From positions 25,234,001 to 25,298,000 of the forward strand of contig OZ024746.1 of assembly GCA_964016885.1 (NCBI GenBank): a DNA stretch of 64,000 nt, in the 5' to 3' direction. Positions 26,651 through 40,500 of this stretch are shown here, piece by piece; the first letter of the stretch is position 1; each line of letters opens with the position of its first letter. The translations under genes were made by a program, and so were the position numbers. This stretch comes from Eledone cirrhosa (lineage: Eukaryota). The notes under the pieces are model-generated. The model ran no database searches and was not told the origin of the DNA. It was given only the letters and a program-made list of their open reading frames with translations.

Positions 26651-28369
26651 TGGTTGGTGAAGAAGATTAGTTGATGAAGTAATAGCTAATAAGAATATTT
26701 TGTGATGTATGTATGATAATGTCTGCAACTAATTGTATTTAATTTAATTACATTTTTCTTTACATTGTACTTTAGGGTACACCTGTTTTGTTTTTTTAAA
26801 TTAATAAAGAATTAATTAACAAGCATATCAGGCATACACACCACTTGATTGCATCACAATAAATATCTTTAGTCTAAAACCACAAATTTTCACATGATTC
26901 TATTTAAAAGTAAAGATACTATGAGGATCAGCTAAAAAGATCATAGACTGATTATGAAGGAGTGATGCTAGAGCTGTAAAATCTTGCATGCATTAATTTC
27001 AACTCTTCTTATTAATAAATGCCTTGTTTCTTTCCAGGGACTATGTTGAAAAATACACCTCATTTGGTCATTCCATGAGAGTATCTTAGTCAGCTTATGA
27101 TAAGTCCCTTGTATTAAGCCTTTAAATTATAGACATTTTCTGTTAAATAATTTCAGCATGTTAAGAGTTAAAATGTTTTTTCACTTTTTAAATAATGCAT
27201 TTCAATTTATTAAAATACTGATTTTTAAAAAATGTTAATTAATTAGAAAAAATTTGATGATGAAAACAAATAAATCCAAAGATCATATTTTTTAATACTT
27301 AATAAAAATAATTAGAAGTGCTTTTATAAAATCCATGCTTAAACAATAAATACTTTGTTCTTTTGTGACAACACAACCACATGTACATAATTATACAAAC
27401 TCTTTTACTGGCTTTAGTCATTAAACTGTGGCTGTGCTGGGGTACCACATTAAAGAGATTTAGTCAATCATATTGAGCCCAATACTTATTTTTTAAGCCT
27501 GGTACATATTTTAACAATACAGACCATAGGTACATATGTAAATACAGATACACACACAAACACATACACACATATATATATATATATGTATGTGTGATGG
27601 GCTTCTACAGTTTCTGTCTACTTAAGTTTACTCACAAAGCATTGGTCAATCAAAAGCTATAGTAAAAGGTGTCCGACAGTGAGACTGAACCTGAAACACA
27701 GTGAAGTGAGCTCCATGCCATTGTGTAGCCGATTTTCCCTAAATTTCAAGGCATATTATGCACATAAAAAAAAATCATTTTCTTGATCCCCTAGGGCCCG
27801 CATTAGGTGAAAACCTGCATTTTTCCTGCTTCATCGAGGAAAATCTTAAAGATTATCCAGCCATCAGAGCATTCGGTTTATTTTCTTTACATATTGTCCA
27901 GGCATGCAGTTTTTCCACGATTAGGTCTGTTGGCGGCCCGCGTTCCAAAATACCTTATCCCGTGCAACGCCGGATACCACTGCTAGTATATATATATATG
28001 AGCAAGACAAGGTCAGCTGACCGGATACTGCCCACAACAAGACAACCCATCTAACCCATGCTAGCGTGGAAGAACGGACATAAAACGGTGATGATAATGA
28101 TGATATATATATATATATATATATATTTATACACATAAATATATAATATCGAGAACCAACTGCTATATTGATGTATACAGCACAGAAATACACGAAGATG
28201 CGATAGCATCCAAACTACAGAACTAACTCAAACATTTATCTAGTGACAAAGACAATCTATTTTTTGACAAAACCAAACAGTATTTACTACAATCCTATTT
28301 CTTAGTCATAACTCATAGTCATACCACAATCATTATCAGTCATATCACTATTTATCTCAGTCATACCAT

Positions 28370-28530
28370 ATTTATTACATGCCATACCTCATTTATTACA
28401 TGCCATACCACATTTATAACATGACCACACCACAATATCACATGACCATAGCACGTCACATGGCCATCCTACCGTATCACATGATCATATCACAGTGTAA
28501 CATGACCATATCACAATATCACATGACTAT
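28370..28530. repeat. ~21-bp minisatellite (ATCACATGACCATATCACAAT)
   Basis: Seen directly. Confidence 0.75.
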
Positions 28531-28929
28531 ATGGAAAGATTTTAAATGGATGGCTTTGTTTCATAGAACCAGAGGCTGTTTTGACTGGGTTGATATCAAA
28601 AGGGTTAAATATATGCATGCAAATGAAATAAATAAAAATGAATTACATTGCTAGCAGGGAGGGAAGACATTAAATGATGATGATAATGATACAGTAACAC
28701 AATCCAATTTGTGTAATGCCATCAGAAGTACTAAATAACAATAACAACGACAAGCATTTTAAAGCCAGTTTCACTGCTAAATCAGGAGTTGGTCTTGCAG
28801 CCCCATGATAGTTGTTATAGTCATCATGGGGTCTTTTTTGAAGTAATGTTTCATAGTTGGATGCCGTAGCTGGCTCCAATCCTTTTAGTTGCATTATATG
28901 GCATGCAGGGGTACCATGTACTTATTCTT

Positions 28930-29320
28930 AACTGGATATACACAGCAATAAACTGGATACACACAATAATTGTTTCTACTTTTGGCACAAAGCCAGCAAT
29001 TATCCCAGTGCATTACTGGTGCTTTATTTTATCGACCCTGTAAGGACGAAAGGCAAAGTTAACCTTGACAGGATTTGAACTCAAACCGTAAAGGGTCGTA
29101 ACTATGTGAAGCATGGCGTCCGACCCTCTACCGATACTGTCAATCCAACGCCCTGAACTGGATATACACAGCAGTAAACTGAATATATACACAATAGAAA
29201 ACTGGATACACAGGAGTAAACTGGATATACACAGCAATTCAACTAGATACACACAGCAATAAATTGGATATACACAGCAGTAAACTAGAGATATACATCA
29301 ATAAACTGGGAATACACAGC
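28930..29320. repeat. 21-bp minisatellite (AAACTGGATATACACAGCAGT) interrupted by a SINE at about 28967-29155
   Basis: The same unit is present on both sides of the SINE. Confidence 0.8.
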
Positions 29321-29364
29321 CATCAGAGGTATTGAGCACTCCAAATAAATCAATAAAAATGTAC

Positions 29365-29538
29365 TCACTTTGGCCATTGCTTCTCTTTGCTGGTCAGTGG
29401 TACATAGATGACTCCCATGTGGTTCTTCTTTGTTACTGATCCATCTAGGTTTTTATCAATTTGTTGTAACATTTGGTTTTCTCCCTGACCTCCAACAGGA
29501 ATTACCATTCGACCACCAGGTTTCAACTGTTCAACTAA
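29365..29538 (-). CDS. PCMT1: PCMT1 coding exon 5 ([16 protein letters not shown]...[17 protein letters not shown] or spliced at 29369)
   Basis: Conserved PIMT motifs QLKPGGR and YVPLT; ttcag| acceptor; the AA|gtgagt donor overlaps a read-through AAG TGA. Confidence 0.95.
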   Translation of the reverse strand, partial: LVEQLKPGGRMVIPVGGQGENQMLQQIDKNLDGSVTKKNHMGVIYVPLTSKEKQWPK

Positions 29539-29639
29539 CTGAAATTAACAAAATTAAATTAAAACAAATAAATCAAACTAATTATTTACATAAATAAATA
29601 TTCTAAAAGATTAATTCTTTGAACCTACCATCCTTGTAT

Positions 29640-29945
29640 TCCAGTTCCAGCAATGTGTGACTATATCCCACCATCCCAGTACCAACTATATCCCACCATC
29701 CCAGTACTAACAATATGTGACAATATCCCAACATCCCAGTATCAACAATGTGTGACTATATCCCAGTGTCCCAGTATTCCAGTACCAATAATGTATGACT
29801 GTATCTCTCATCCCAGTACCAATAATGTGTGACTATATCCCACCATCCCAGTATTCCAGTACCAGATACCAACAATGTTCAACTACATCCCACCATCCTG
29901 GTACCAACAATGTGTGACTATATCCCACCATCCCAGTATTCCATT
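29640..29945. repeat. ~35-bp imperfect minisatellite (CCAGTACCAACAATGTGTGACTATATCCCACCATC)
   Basis: Seen directly. Confidence 0.8.
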
Positions 29946-30332
29946 TTTGTGTGTTTATGTGTTGGGCTCGGCTACAAGGGGAGGGTGAAGTAGGAGGCCG
30001 TCTTTCCATGCTGGAAGGAGTTGGACGAGCATGATGGGGATGGGGGAAATGAGCAAGGAAGGTTTTTTTAATACCAACTCAGCAAAACCCAGCTCTAGTT
30101 CTAAGAAACAAAATCACCCATTTTAAATGGCTGTTATTTAAATTAAAATCTTCCAACATAATTTTACATAATAACCACATGTTAAGTTACTATCTTAATA
30201 ATGAAATAATTAATAGTTTTAGTAAGTACCTCAATATTCTTCATTAGCTAATTGAAATAGAATAAATTTCATTAAAAATGCAGTCACAAATGGGTTAAGA
30301 CAAATTTTAAGAAATGAAAGAGAAATTCTTAC

Positions 30333-30545
30333 TGATTCTGGCAAGACAGCAGCTGCTGCTCCAACATGGATGGCATCAAAAGGAGCATCAGGTTTGTACC
30401 CTAATCGCCCATCACCAACAACTAATTTCATCTGACCCTTATCTAGTAAAAATCCAAGTTTCTGTTTCTTATTTACATTGGCAATTGATGATTGTACCAA
30501 GTGGTCTATATGATCAATTCCAACAGCCATGCCAGTTTCACCAAC
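30333..30545 (-). CDS. PCMT1: PCMT1 coding exon 4 (VGETGMAVGIDHI...VGDGRLGYKPDAPFDAIHVGAAAAVLPES)
   Basis: PIMT motif APFDAIHVGAAA; 213 nt, phase 0/0, AG/GT boundaries. Confidence 0.96.
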
Positions 30546-31179
30546 CTAAAATACATACAATAACAAAAATAAGGATAAAAGTAAAGACAAGTATTTGAAC
30601 TCTATAACAAGCTTCTCCATTTTGCCTTATCGTCTGTATTCTCTCTCACAAACCTCCTATATATACACAATAATGATAATTGCGAAGATCAAATGGGGAT
30701 ATTCATAATTCATTTTATTTATAATTTGACATAATACGTATTTCTACGGCATTAATGATTATGTAATGCTGCCATCATGCAACCACCAACACAACTTCAT
30801 CAGGTAGCATCTTAAGTAATAAGATTATGTAACATTACTGATACAATGCAGGCTATCGGCAAGGGGATGGACGAATTTAATGTTGCTTCTATAAGAGTTC
30901 GTCCTCTTATGGATTCAAACTTTGCTTCCCACTTGCTTGCAGGCGTGGAAGTGAAAGCTTCTCTAATTAGTTTAGAACTTACTAATGGTTTTCATGATAA
31001 GCCTCCCAGTCAAATATCAAAGTCCTTCGCCATTCATAGTTGGTGAGATAATTCAACCTTGATATTACAGTCACATAGTTCTATTTAGCTGTACTTTGAG
31101 GTTTAGCAACCATGAATTAAGTTTTTTATATTATACTATTTAATACATTATATAGACATTCATAATTTGAAAACAAACA

Positions 31180-31330
31180 CAGCCATGGTTGTGTGGTGAA
31201 GGAGTTCACTTCACAACCACTCAATTCCAGGTTCAGTCCCACTGTGTGGCACCCAGAGCAAATATCTCCTACCACAGCCTTGGGTTGACCAATAACTTGT
31301 GGGTGGAAACTGCAGAAGCCCATCATATAC
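31180..31330 (+). mobile_element. tRNA-derived SINE, third family (CATGGTTGTGTGG...GGTTCAGTCCCACTGTGTGGCAC...GGAAACTGCAGAAGCCC); representative copy
   Basis: Related copies near 4530, 27600, 41560, 54255 and 55720. Confidence 0.75.
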
Positions 31331-31584
31331 ATACATACAAATATATATTTATACATACACACACACACACACATATATATATGTGCATGTGTTTGTGTCA
31401 GTGTTTATGTCACTTAATTTAGTAGTTCAACACACAAAAAAAGAAATCAATAAAATAAATACTGGGGTTGGTATGATCAATTATAACTCCTTTAAGATGT
31501 GCCCCAGCATGACTGCAGCCTTATGACTGAAATCAATAAAAGAATTATAGAATACAAATTAACTAAAGACTTTATTTTACTCAC

Positions 31585-31689
31585 CATTAATGACATACAC
31601 GCAGTAAGGTAACCACTTCCTGAACCAACATCCAGAGCTCGGTTTCCTTCAACTAAATGATCTTTTAATAACTCCAGGGCATATGCGTG
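31585..31689 (-). CDS. PCMT1: PCMT1 coding exon 3 ([35 protein letters not shown])
   Basis: SAM-binding motif I LDVGSGSG; 105 nt, cag|...|gtgagt. Confidence 0.97.
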
Positions 31690-32294
31690 CTGAAGAAGAA
31701 AAATATAGACAGAAATGAAATTCCATATTAGCAATTTAAAACCAATAAAATTATATTTTATATTTTACATTCAGACAACATAGAGTTACGTAAATTCAAT
31801 AGTCCTCTCAAGGACATGACAACCTTTCTAGGGCTGGTGCCACAATAAAATGCACCTAGTACACTCTGTAAAGGGGTTGGTGACTAAACAGAGACAATGC
31901 AGAATTAAATGAACCCCACAGTCTTACCAAGGTCATGAAAACTCCTCTGTAAACTGGTAGTGATCAAACAGAGACAATGTAGAGTTGAGAGGGCCCGTTA
32001 GTTCTGCTGAGGACATGACAACATCTCTATTGCTGGTACCACAGTAAAACACACCATGTATACTCTGTAAAGTAGTTGCAGTTAGAAAGGGCGTCTAGCT
32101 ATAGAAACTGTGCCAAAAATTGAAATATAGTTGGACAGCAACTCCAAATAAGAACTGACTCTGAACATAACTTGTCAAACCCTTGCCAGTATGGAAAGCG
32201 AACATATGATGATGATGATGAAATTTAAAATTAGCAATATAAAGATCAGTAAAATTAATTGTTTTCACTTTAAATTTTATAATGCTAAACTTAC

Positions 32295-32431
32295 CATGTG
32301 TGGTGCACTGATTGTGACAGCATAACCAATAGTTTGTGGAGAATCAGCATATGGGTTGCGTTGGCAGAAGTCACCACGATCAACAGCTTTCATTGTGTCA
32401 CGGACTCGTTCTGTTTTGATTATACCATTTT
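32295..32431 (-). CDS. PCMT1: PCMT1 coding exon 2 (QNGIIKTERVRDTMKAVDRGDF...YADSPQTIGYAVTISAPHM)
   Basis: PIMT motif TISAPHMHA spans the junction; 137 nt, tttgtag|...|gtaagt. Confidence 0.96.
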
Positions 32432-35039
32432 CTACAAAAGTATATTAATAATAATAATAATGGTTTCTGATTTAGGCATAAGGCCAACAATCTACCTAGT
32501 GCATTACTGGTACTTTATTTTATCGACCCCATAAAGATGAAAAGCAAAGCTAATCTTGACAGGATTTGAATTCAGACTATAAAGGACTACAACTCTATGC
32601 CGCAAAGCATATTGTTAGACACTCTACTGATACTACCAATCCACCGCCCTCATAATAATAATATTAATAACTATAACTAGTCTTAGCCACAACCTCTTAT
32701 TACCTAATATCTCTTCCAATAATTGTTTCTACTTTTGGCACAAGGCCAGCAATTTGAAGGGAAAGTTGATTAAATCGACCCCAGTGCCTTACTGGTACTT
32801 TTATGAACCCTGTCAGGATGAAAGATAAAGGTAACCTCGGCGGGATTTGAACTCAGATTGTAAAGGGATACAACTCCATACTGTCCACCACTCTACCGGT
32901 ACTACCAATCCACTGCCTTCTTCCAATAATGCCATTAGTTTCCAGCTATTGCAGTTCTCAGTATATCACATATATGTGTGAATGTCTTTAAACAGTGATC
33001 CCTATTACTGCTACCACTTTGAAAATTTGCAGGAAAATAAAAACTATAATTTTTCAATGTGAAGCAGCAATAATGCTGCTTTTTAAAACTTTTTTAGAAT
33101 GTCCTACTAATGCGGTTTCGTGAGGTACAGAACGTTAAGAGTTAACTTAAATATTCTAATCCACGTTATTTGCACAAATGAGCTAATTCCTTTAGCTCAG
33201 TTATTCTTAATTATCATAGTAGATGGTATCAATAATGTTGGAGATGAAGGGATGCATGCAGCAAAGAGAATGGAAGTCACAATGTTGTTTAGTACTTTCA
33301 AAGAATGTAGCAAGTTATAAACTGACATTCATAAGCACAACAGAATAGTAATAGAATTGGAGAATTTTGATCTCAAGTCTATTTAAATGTAGACAGATTA
33401 TACAACCAGGTTTGAGCAGAGATGGGAGTAGATGAGACAGTTGGCATGCATCTGAGATTTGAAGGGGAAGAGAACCTGCCTCAACTTCTAATTCTTTTTT
33501 TTTGTTGTTGTGTAAATACATCATATACACACATATATGTGTGTATATGTTGTGATAGAAGGACATCTAGCTGTAAAAAAATCTGCCAAACAAAAGATAG
33601 GGATGATTTTTTAGTTATGCTAACGGCAAGATAGCTTCCCTAGTGTTGGTGGCACAATAAAATGAACTCAGTAGAGCACAGGATCATATGTCACGCCATG
33701 GCCCATCTGAAGCTTGGAGGCTCTAGTTGAGTACTGACTAGTCTGTGAAAATATGTCCAACCCTAACTAGCAGAGAAAACGGATGTTAAATGATGATGAC
33801 AAGTCAAATAATATACATGCCTCTTGATGAGGATCAAACAAGGTCTGAAAATCAATTAAAGGTTTCATATTTTTTGGTATGCTTACATGACTACATATTA
33901 AAAATGTGTATATATACACACTGGCACAGTCCAGCTTTTATCTGTATATATACAGATAAAAGCTGACCTTGCTCAATTGCACCTCTCAAAGATGATGACA
34001 GGACCAAGATCTCTGGCACTATGCAGAAGACCCGCCTTCCCATGGGCACAGGCTAAAGCTGAAGCATATATATATAGTATTCACCCCCCTATCCCTGCTC
34101 CCTCCCATAAGGACAGAGGTTGAAGCATACATCTAGTGAAGCCTCTGTAAAGTGGTCGTGATGGCGACATGAGAAAAAGTGCCCAGCCCACATTGTAAAG
34201 TGGTCATGATGGCAATACTGTAAAAAGCACCCAGCCCACACTGTAAAGTGGTTGTGTAGGTGTCACAACAAAAAGCACCCAGAACTCACTATAAATGTGG
34301 TTGGCATTAGGAAGGGCATCCAGCTGTAGAAACCAAGCCAAAATCAGTTCTGTATGAGCAAGACATAGTCACCTGACTTGGCATTGCTCACAACAGGACA
34401 ACTCGTCTAACCCATGCTAGCGTGGAAAAATAGACGTTAAACGGTGATGATGATGATGATAACTTTATCGTACACTTCGGCTGCTTAGCGCTTTTCTTAA
34501 TAAATATATATATATACATGCCGAAACAAATGAGATCGTGTAGGTGTCACGACAAAAAAACACACAGTCCATGCTGTAATGTGGCCGTGTAGGCAACACG
34601 GTAAAAACCTCCCAGCCCCACACTGTAAATGTGGTTGGTGTTAGGAAGGGCATCCAGCTGTAGAAAACCCGCCAGACAGTCCTATGCGAGCAAGACAATC
34701 ACTCTTGCCTCAAGTAGGAAAACCCCCGTCCAAACCCATGCAAGCGTGGAACATGGACGTTAAACGTTGATGATGATGATGATGATATACCGATAATAAT
34801 ATTAATAATCATCATCAGTTTTATGTCCATTTTTCCGTGCTTGTATGGCTTAGACAAGTCCTCTCTGTACAGCATCCCTCCACTAGTTTCTTTCCTTTGT
34901 GATCAGCTTTCACCACTTCACCTACATCTTTCTTGGTCTTCCTCTTCCATGGCTTTTTTCCACTTGAAACTCATAGCTTTTCACCTTAGGATCATCATCC
35001 ATATGCATCATGTTTCTATACTAGCACAACCTTTTCTCT

Positions 35040-35369
35040 CGAAGCGGCTTTTGAAGTGCCCATGCCACTTGAAACATTGCATACAACCAATTGCTTCGTC
35101 GCTGTAAGCTTGCTGAAGCATGCTCAATGTCTCTGTAGCAGACTTCCTAAGTTGAGGGTAAAATTTCATGTTGGCTTTTTGTTCTAAATTCCCATTCATG
35201 ACAAAATTGCAGGCTACAGCATACACATAATCACAAAAACACAAATTGCAAAGTGAACACTGATGTCACTCAGCACACTGGCGCATGAAGCTCTCACTGT
35301 TCACTCAACCGTGTGTTGCCATCTGTTGGCACGCTACAAAACTAGTCCAGAAACTTTTTGATGCCACCT
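35040..35369 (-). mobile_element. Tc1/mariner remnant: 5' TIR and N-terminal HTH of the transposase
   Basis: TA|AGGTGGCATCAAAAAGTTTCTGGACTAG terminus; NLEQKANMKF..LRKSATETLSMLQQAYSDEAI..QCFKWHGHFKS is mariner HTH-like. Confidence 0.8.
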
Positions 35370-35389
35370 TATATATATATATAAGATAG

Positions 35390-35730
35390 AGGCACATGGC
35401 TTAGTGGTTAGAGCATTGGCCTTGCAATTGAAAGGTTGTGAGTTCAATTCTCAGACCGGGTGATGTGTTGTTTCCTTGAGCAAGACACTTTATTTCACAT
35501 TGCTCCAGTTTACTCAGCTGTAGAAATGAGATGATAGGGACTGGGTTCCCTATCATTCCACTGCAAAGTGGACGTGTAGGTGCCACGGCAAAAAAGCACC
35601 CAGCACTCACTGTAAATGAGGTTGGTGTTAGGAAGGGCATCCAGCTGTAGAAATCAAGCCAGAATCAGTTCCCGTCCCACCCTTGCAAGCAGGGAAAAGC
35701 GGACGTAAAATGAAATGATGATGATGATGA
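35390..35730 (+). mobile_element. Full-length composite SINE, sister of 4111-4498
   Basis: A/B boxes, core, one internal unit, tail CCTTGCAAGCAGGGAAAAGCGGACGTAAAATG(ATG)n. Confidence 0.85.
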
Positions 35731-36053
35731 TACATATATAATATGTGACTTAGTGGTTATAGCATTGAGTTCACAACTGTAAGGTTTTAAATTTGAATTA
35801 TGGATTACACGGTGCATTGTGTTATTGAGCAAAACACTTTATTTCACGTTGCTCCAGTTCACTCAGCTATAGAAATGAGTTACAACGTCACTGGTGTCAA
35901 GCTGTATCGGTCATTGCCTTTCCCTTGGACAACATCAGTGGCATGAAGAGGGGAAACTGCTGGTCTTCCACAAACACACTTTGCCCAGGCTTGTGCCTCG
36001 GTGGGGAACTTTCTATGTGCAAAACCTTGGTCATTCATGACCGAAGGAGGCCT

Positions 36054-36103
<50 letters not shown>

Positions 36104-36514
36104 TAAACAGGAAGGGAGGGAGAGAAAGAGAGGGACAGCAGAGAATTAAAAAGCATTCAACATTTGAAGATTAGTGGGATAAATGCTTTAATTAAAAAGG
36201 TTGGTGTTAGGAAGAGCATTCAATCAAAATACTGCCTTAAATCAAGGGTCTTATCCAATCCATAAACATGGACAAAGGAAACATAAATGCTGATAATGAT
36301 GCTTTCTTCTCAAGTATTCATTTAATTCACACATATATTGGTGGAATGTCAGAATGATAATCATAACTGAATTACTAAGATACAGAGAGAGTTAAGGCAG
36401 ACCTTGTAGAACAATTTATCTATTCTGTATGTACTTAACCTAAAGAACAATGTATAACCTTTAATATATTTGCTTCAAACAAATAGTTGCAATTATCAAT
36501 AAAGGTTTGATATG

Positions 36515-36563
<49 letters not shown>

Positions 36564-36592
36564 TGTGTGTGTATATATATATATATACACAC

Positions 36593-36641
<49 letters not shown>

Positions 36642-36649
36642 CGTGTGTG

Positions 36650-37550
36650 TATAGCTGAATCTATGACAGAATTAAAAAAGAAATTTCAGTCATGGAGGCC
36701 CAGCTTTGAAACAAATGGCCTTAAAACCAACCTGGCAAAGACCAAAATCCTAGTGAGTAAAAAAGAAAACAGGGCCCTTATCCCCTCAGGCAAATGGCCC
36801 TGCTCTGTGAGCTGGAAAGGAGTAAGAACTTAATCATGAGTCGCAAATGCAAATTATAGGTACACAAGATGTGTAGTGGGGAATCAGGCAGGCTAGCAAA
36901 AAACAGACTTCATATGTGGATGTTGTACAGGGGTAGTAAGCAAAAACCCTCAACAAACAAGCTCTTTTAAATGCACAGAGGACCCCAAAGAATTAGTCAA
37001 TAGCTTCTGCTACCTGGGAAACCAAAAGAGCAGAAGAGGTGGATGTGCAGAAAGTACTGTGGCCAGAGCAAAGACAGGATGGAAAAAGTTCAGGGAGCTG
37101 CTGCCACTGATAGCTACAAAAGGGTTTTCACTCAAAATAAAAAGCAAGTTGTATGATACCTGTGTGCAAACAACAATGCTACATGGAAGCGAAATCTGGG
37201 AACTGTGCACCAAGGATCTATGTAGATTGGAAAGAAATGAAGCCTGAATGCTCTGATGGATGTGTAACAGTAGTGTGCATGAACGGCAAAATGTAAATGA
37301 ATTGAGAGCGAAATTGGGCATAAGAAGGATCAAATGCTGTGTGCAGGAGAGAAGACTGCAATTGTATGGGCATGTGATGCGCATGAAAGATGACAGCTGT
37401 ATAAAATGGTACAGAGCACTCAAGGTTGTAGGGTGCCTCAAAAGAGGAAGACATGGGATGAAATGATAAAGGCTGACCTGGCACAGCTGAACCTCTCAAC
37501 AGAGATGATATAGGACCGAGACCTCTGGCACTACGATGTGCAACAGAAGA
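36650..37550 (+). mobile_element. RTE-clade LINE 3' portion (end of RT and C-terminal domain), with stops and frameshifts
   Basis: [20 protein letters not shown]; ARAKTGWKKFRELLPLIATKGFSLKIKSKLYDTCVQTTMLHGSEIW; VQERRLQLYGHVMR. Confidence 0.9.
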
Positions 37551-38384
37551 CCTGAGTTGACAACTCAGTCCAGCCCACACCATAAATGTGGCTTGTGCTT
37601 AGGAAAGGCATCTGGTAGTCATGAAATCCCAGCCAAAATACAGTTCCACTATGAACAAACCTTTCCCAGGATGGTACCACCCAGTTCCATGGCCAGACTT
37701 GCCTCATAAGTGAAACCACTTAGTCCCACACTGTAAACATGGTTGGTGTTAGGAAAGGCATCCAGCAGCTGTAAAAACCCAGCCAAAACAGGTCCTGCTA
37801 TGTGAAAGGTTCAGCGCGACCAACTGGGCAGAACTTCCTCATAGCATGACCACCCAACTCTCAAAATATGGTTCCGCTATGAGCAGGGTATGGTGCAGCC
37901 AACTGGCCAGACCCTCCAGTCCCACACTGTAAAACGCGATTGCTTCAAGTAAAGACATACTGAATATAAGGAATTAATTGACAATAACTTAAAGAGTAAC
38001 AATTAAAGTAATGTGATGATGTTTAACTAAGTTATAATATCAGTAATTAACAACTAATTCTTTTTTTACTTTTATTCTTTTACTGGTTTCAGTCATTAGA
38101 CTGTGGCCATGCTTGGATACCACCTTGAAGAGATTTTGTTGACCATATTGACCACCAATACTTCATTTTCCAATCTCTTTTTGTCAAACTGCTAAGTTAC
38201 AAGACATAAACACAAAAACAAACACACACACACACAATGGGCTTCAGAAGTCTCTGTCTACCAAATAACACAGCAGCTATTAAAGTTACACTACATTAAT
38301 AACATTCAGTTTAAAGAGATATCAATGGTAAGAGCTAAATATTGATAATTTAATGAGATAATCTCTTAGAAGGTCACCGATGGT

Positions 38385-38800
38385 GTAATACCACCACCGC
38401 CATCATAACCATCACTACCATCGCTAACACCAGCACCACCATTAAGAACACCATCACGTCAACCAACAACAAAACCACCACTAACATCATGAACACCACT
38501 GCTCCCATCACAACAATTAGTAACACCATCATCACCACAACCATCACCAACACCACCATCACAACCAATACTGCAGCAAACAATACCATCACCACAACCA
38601 CCATCATTATCAACATCACCAAAACCACCACCATCATAAAAACTGCCACCACAACCACCAACACAACTACCACTATCATAACACAACAGCCACTACAACC
38701 ATCACTGTCATCACCACAAACAACACAACCACCATCACCACAAAAAATACTACCATCATCACCACCACCACCCTCATCATCAACATCACCACCACCAATC
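38385..38800. repeat. Degenerate (ACC/ATC/AAC)n trinucleotide low-complexity tract
   Basis: Seen directly; similar tract at 7260-7470. Confidence 0.85.
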
Positions 38801-39879
38801 TGTTGTTAAGATATAACAGTATTTCCAAAGTGAAAATGGAACACGGAGTTGACCAAATGAACAACATATATTGTACTTAAGGTGCAGCAGATATGGCTGT
38901 GTGCTTAACATGCTTGGCTTGGAACCATTAGCGTTCTATTCCACAGTGTAGTACCTGGGCTATTGGGGTTTTTTTTCTGATACCCTAAAGTAAAAGCATC
39001 CATAGATATTATAGATGTGTCTGTGCGTGTATGTATGTGTACGTGTATCCATGCCTGTGTTTACATATGTGTCCTGTAATTTAGCGGTTCCACAAAAAGC
39101 GATTAATAAAATAAGTACTGAGGTCGATATATTCCACTAAATTAAAGCGGTCTAATGACTGAAACCACTGAAATAATAAAAGTGATAATGAAGATGGTGT
39201 GGTAACTCGAGCGTGTAAACAAAGATAGGTAAATCGTGTGAAATAAAGAATGTGCGTCCAACTGGAGGATAAGAGGAATGCGAAGTTAACTCTTTTGATA
39301 CCAACACACCCCAAACCGATTCTATGATACAACGTTGTTAGTTTTAAAGTGTTTATCTAAAAATCTTCCATCAAAATTTCCTGCAAGAAGCTTAAGTTAT
39401 GTTCCGAACATCAACTTAATGATTTCTACTTTAGGCACAAGGTCACTAATTTGGGAGAGGTGAAAGTCGACTAAAATCGACCCATTACTTTACTGATACT
39501 TTATTCTATCGACACAGGAAGGACGAAAAGCAGATTTGACCTCAGAATGTAGAGAGTTAAAACTAAACAACGCAAAGCATTTTACCCGGCGCGCTAACGA
39601 TCCTGCCAATCCACGGCCCTGAACAACAACTTAACAATAAGAATGTTATTTATATTACTACATTTATTTATAGAGAACTATATATTTTATTTTAAATATA
39701 CATAAATAACTTTACAAATTTCTCACAATTCTTTCAGAATGAAAATATAAACACGCATAACAAATGCAATCAACTATTGCTAGGAACCTCACAAATATAA
39801 CGCAGCCAAATATACGACCAGAGCGAGAGAAAGGGAAAAAAATGAGGAAACAAAAACTACCATCAATTCACTACCAAGT

Positions 39880-40500
39880 GCGACCATCGGCTGCACATCA
39901 CAAGAGTTAACGGAATATTTTGAGTCAAGCCAATACGCTCGCTGCATTACCACAGGCGGTTGCGAGGCTAAGGCGCTGCAACAACCAGGCACCCTCACGG
40001 GCATCACCTGACACCTCAGTAAGGCGAGCCGCCAGAGATGACAAGAACTTTGATGTCAGCAGCCCAACTCCACCAAACATCTCGAAAAATTAATTGTTAG
40101 ATACATCCCGGTATTTTCACATTTTATTTCGTTCGGCAACGGAAGCAGTGACCCTCACATTTACCGCAGCATCCATGATGTGGGAGGGAGTAAGAGTCAG
40201 TGACTGTGGCGTCACAGATGAGACACCTACTTCTTACCGAGGGACAAAGTGTAAGGCCGTCTGGTCTTTTCCCATTACTTCTGGATAACTCAGCCGGCTC
40301 CAGAATTGAGGAGATATTTACCCGGGCTAGGGTCCGTTTAATGATTAGGTTTAGCTCGGTGTGGCGGGCGAAACGACCAGCATTCAGGCGGCAGGACAAA
40401 CCTTGTAGGCCTGTGGAGTCGAGAGACCTACCACAGCGACATCTCAGACCCCCACAGACATCGGCTCCCACTCGGAGTGCAATGGAGATGTAGCTAAATT
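39880..40500 (-). mobile_element. CRE-like non-LTR retrotransposon C-terminal fragment (zinc knuckle and restriction-like endonuclease)
   Basis: ALRVGADVC..CRCGRSLDSTG..LSCRLNAGRFARHTELNLIIKR..LEP..LSRSNGKRPDGLTL....DATVTD. Confidence 0.85.

Noticed and set aside
30800-31100. ORF 30846-31046 in a PCMT1 intron
   Set aside because: No splice fit; the opposite strand weakly resembles an old LINE 3' end.
33815-33870. Hammerhead-like UUGAUGA-GGAUC..GGUCU-GAAA
   Set aside because: C3 is mutated and stems I and III are weak; at best a dead remnant.
35390-35465. tRNA gene candidates at SINE heads
   Set aside because: A/B boxes are present but there is no full cloverleaf, and each continues into a SINE body.
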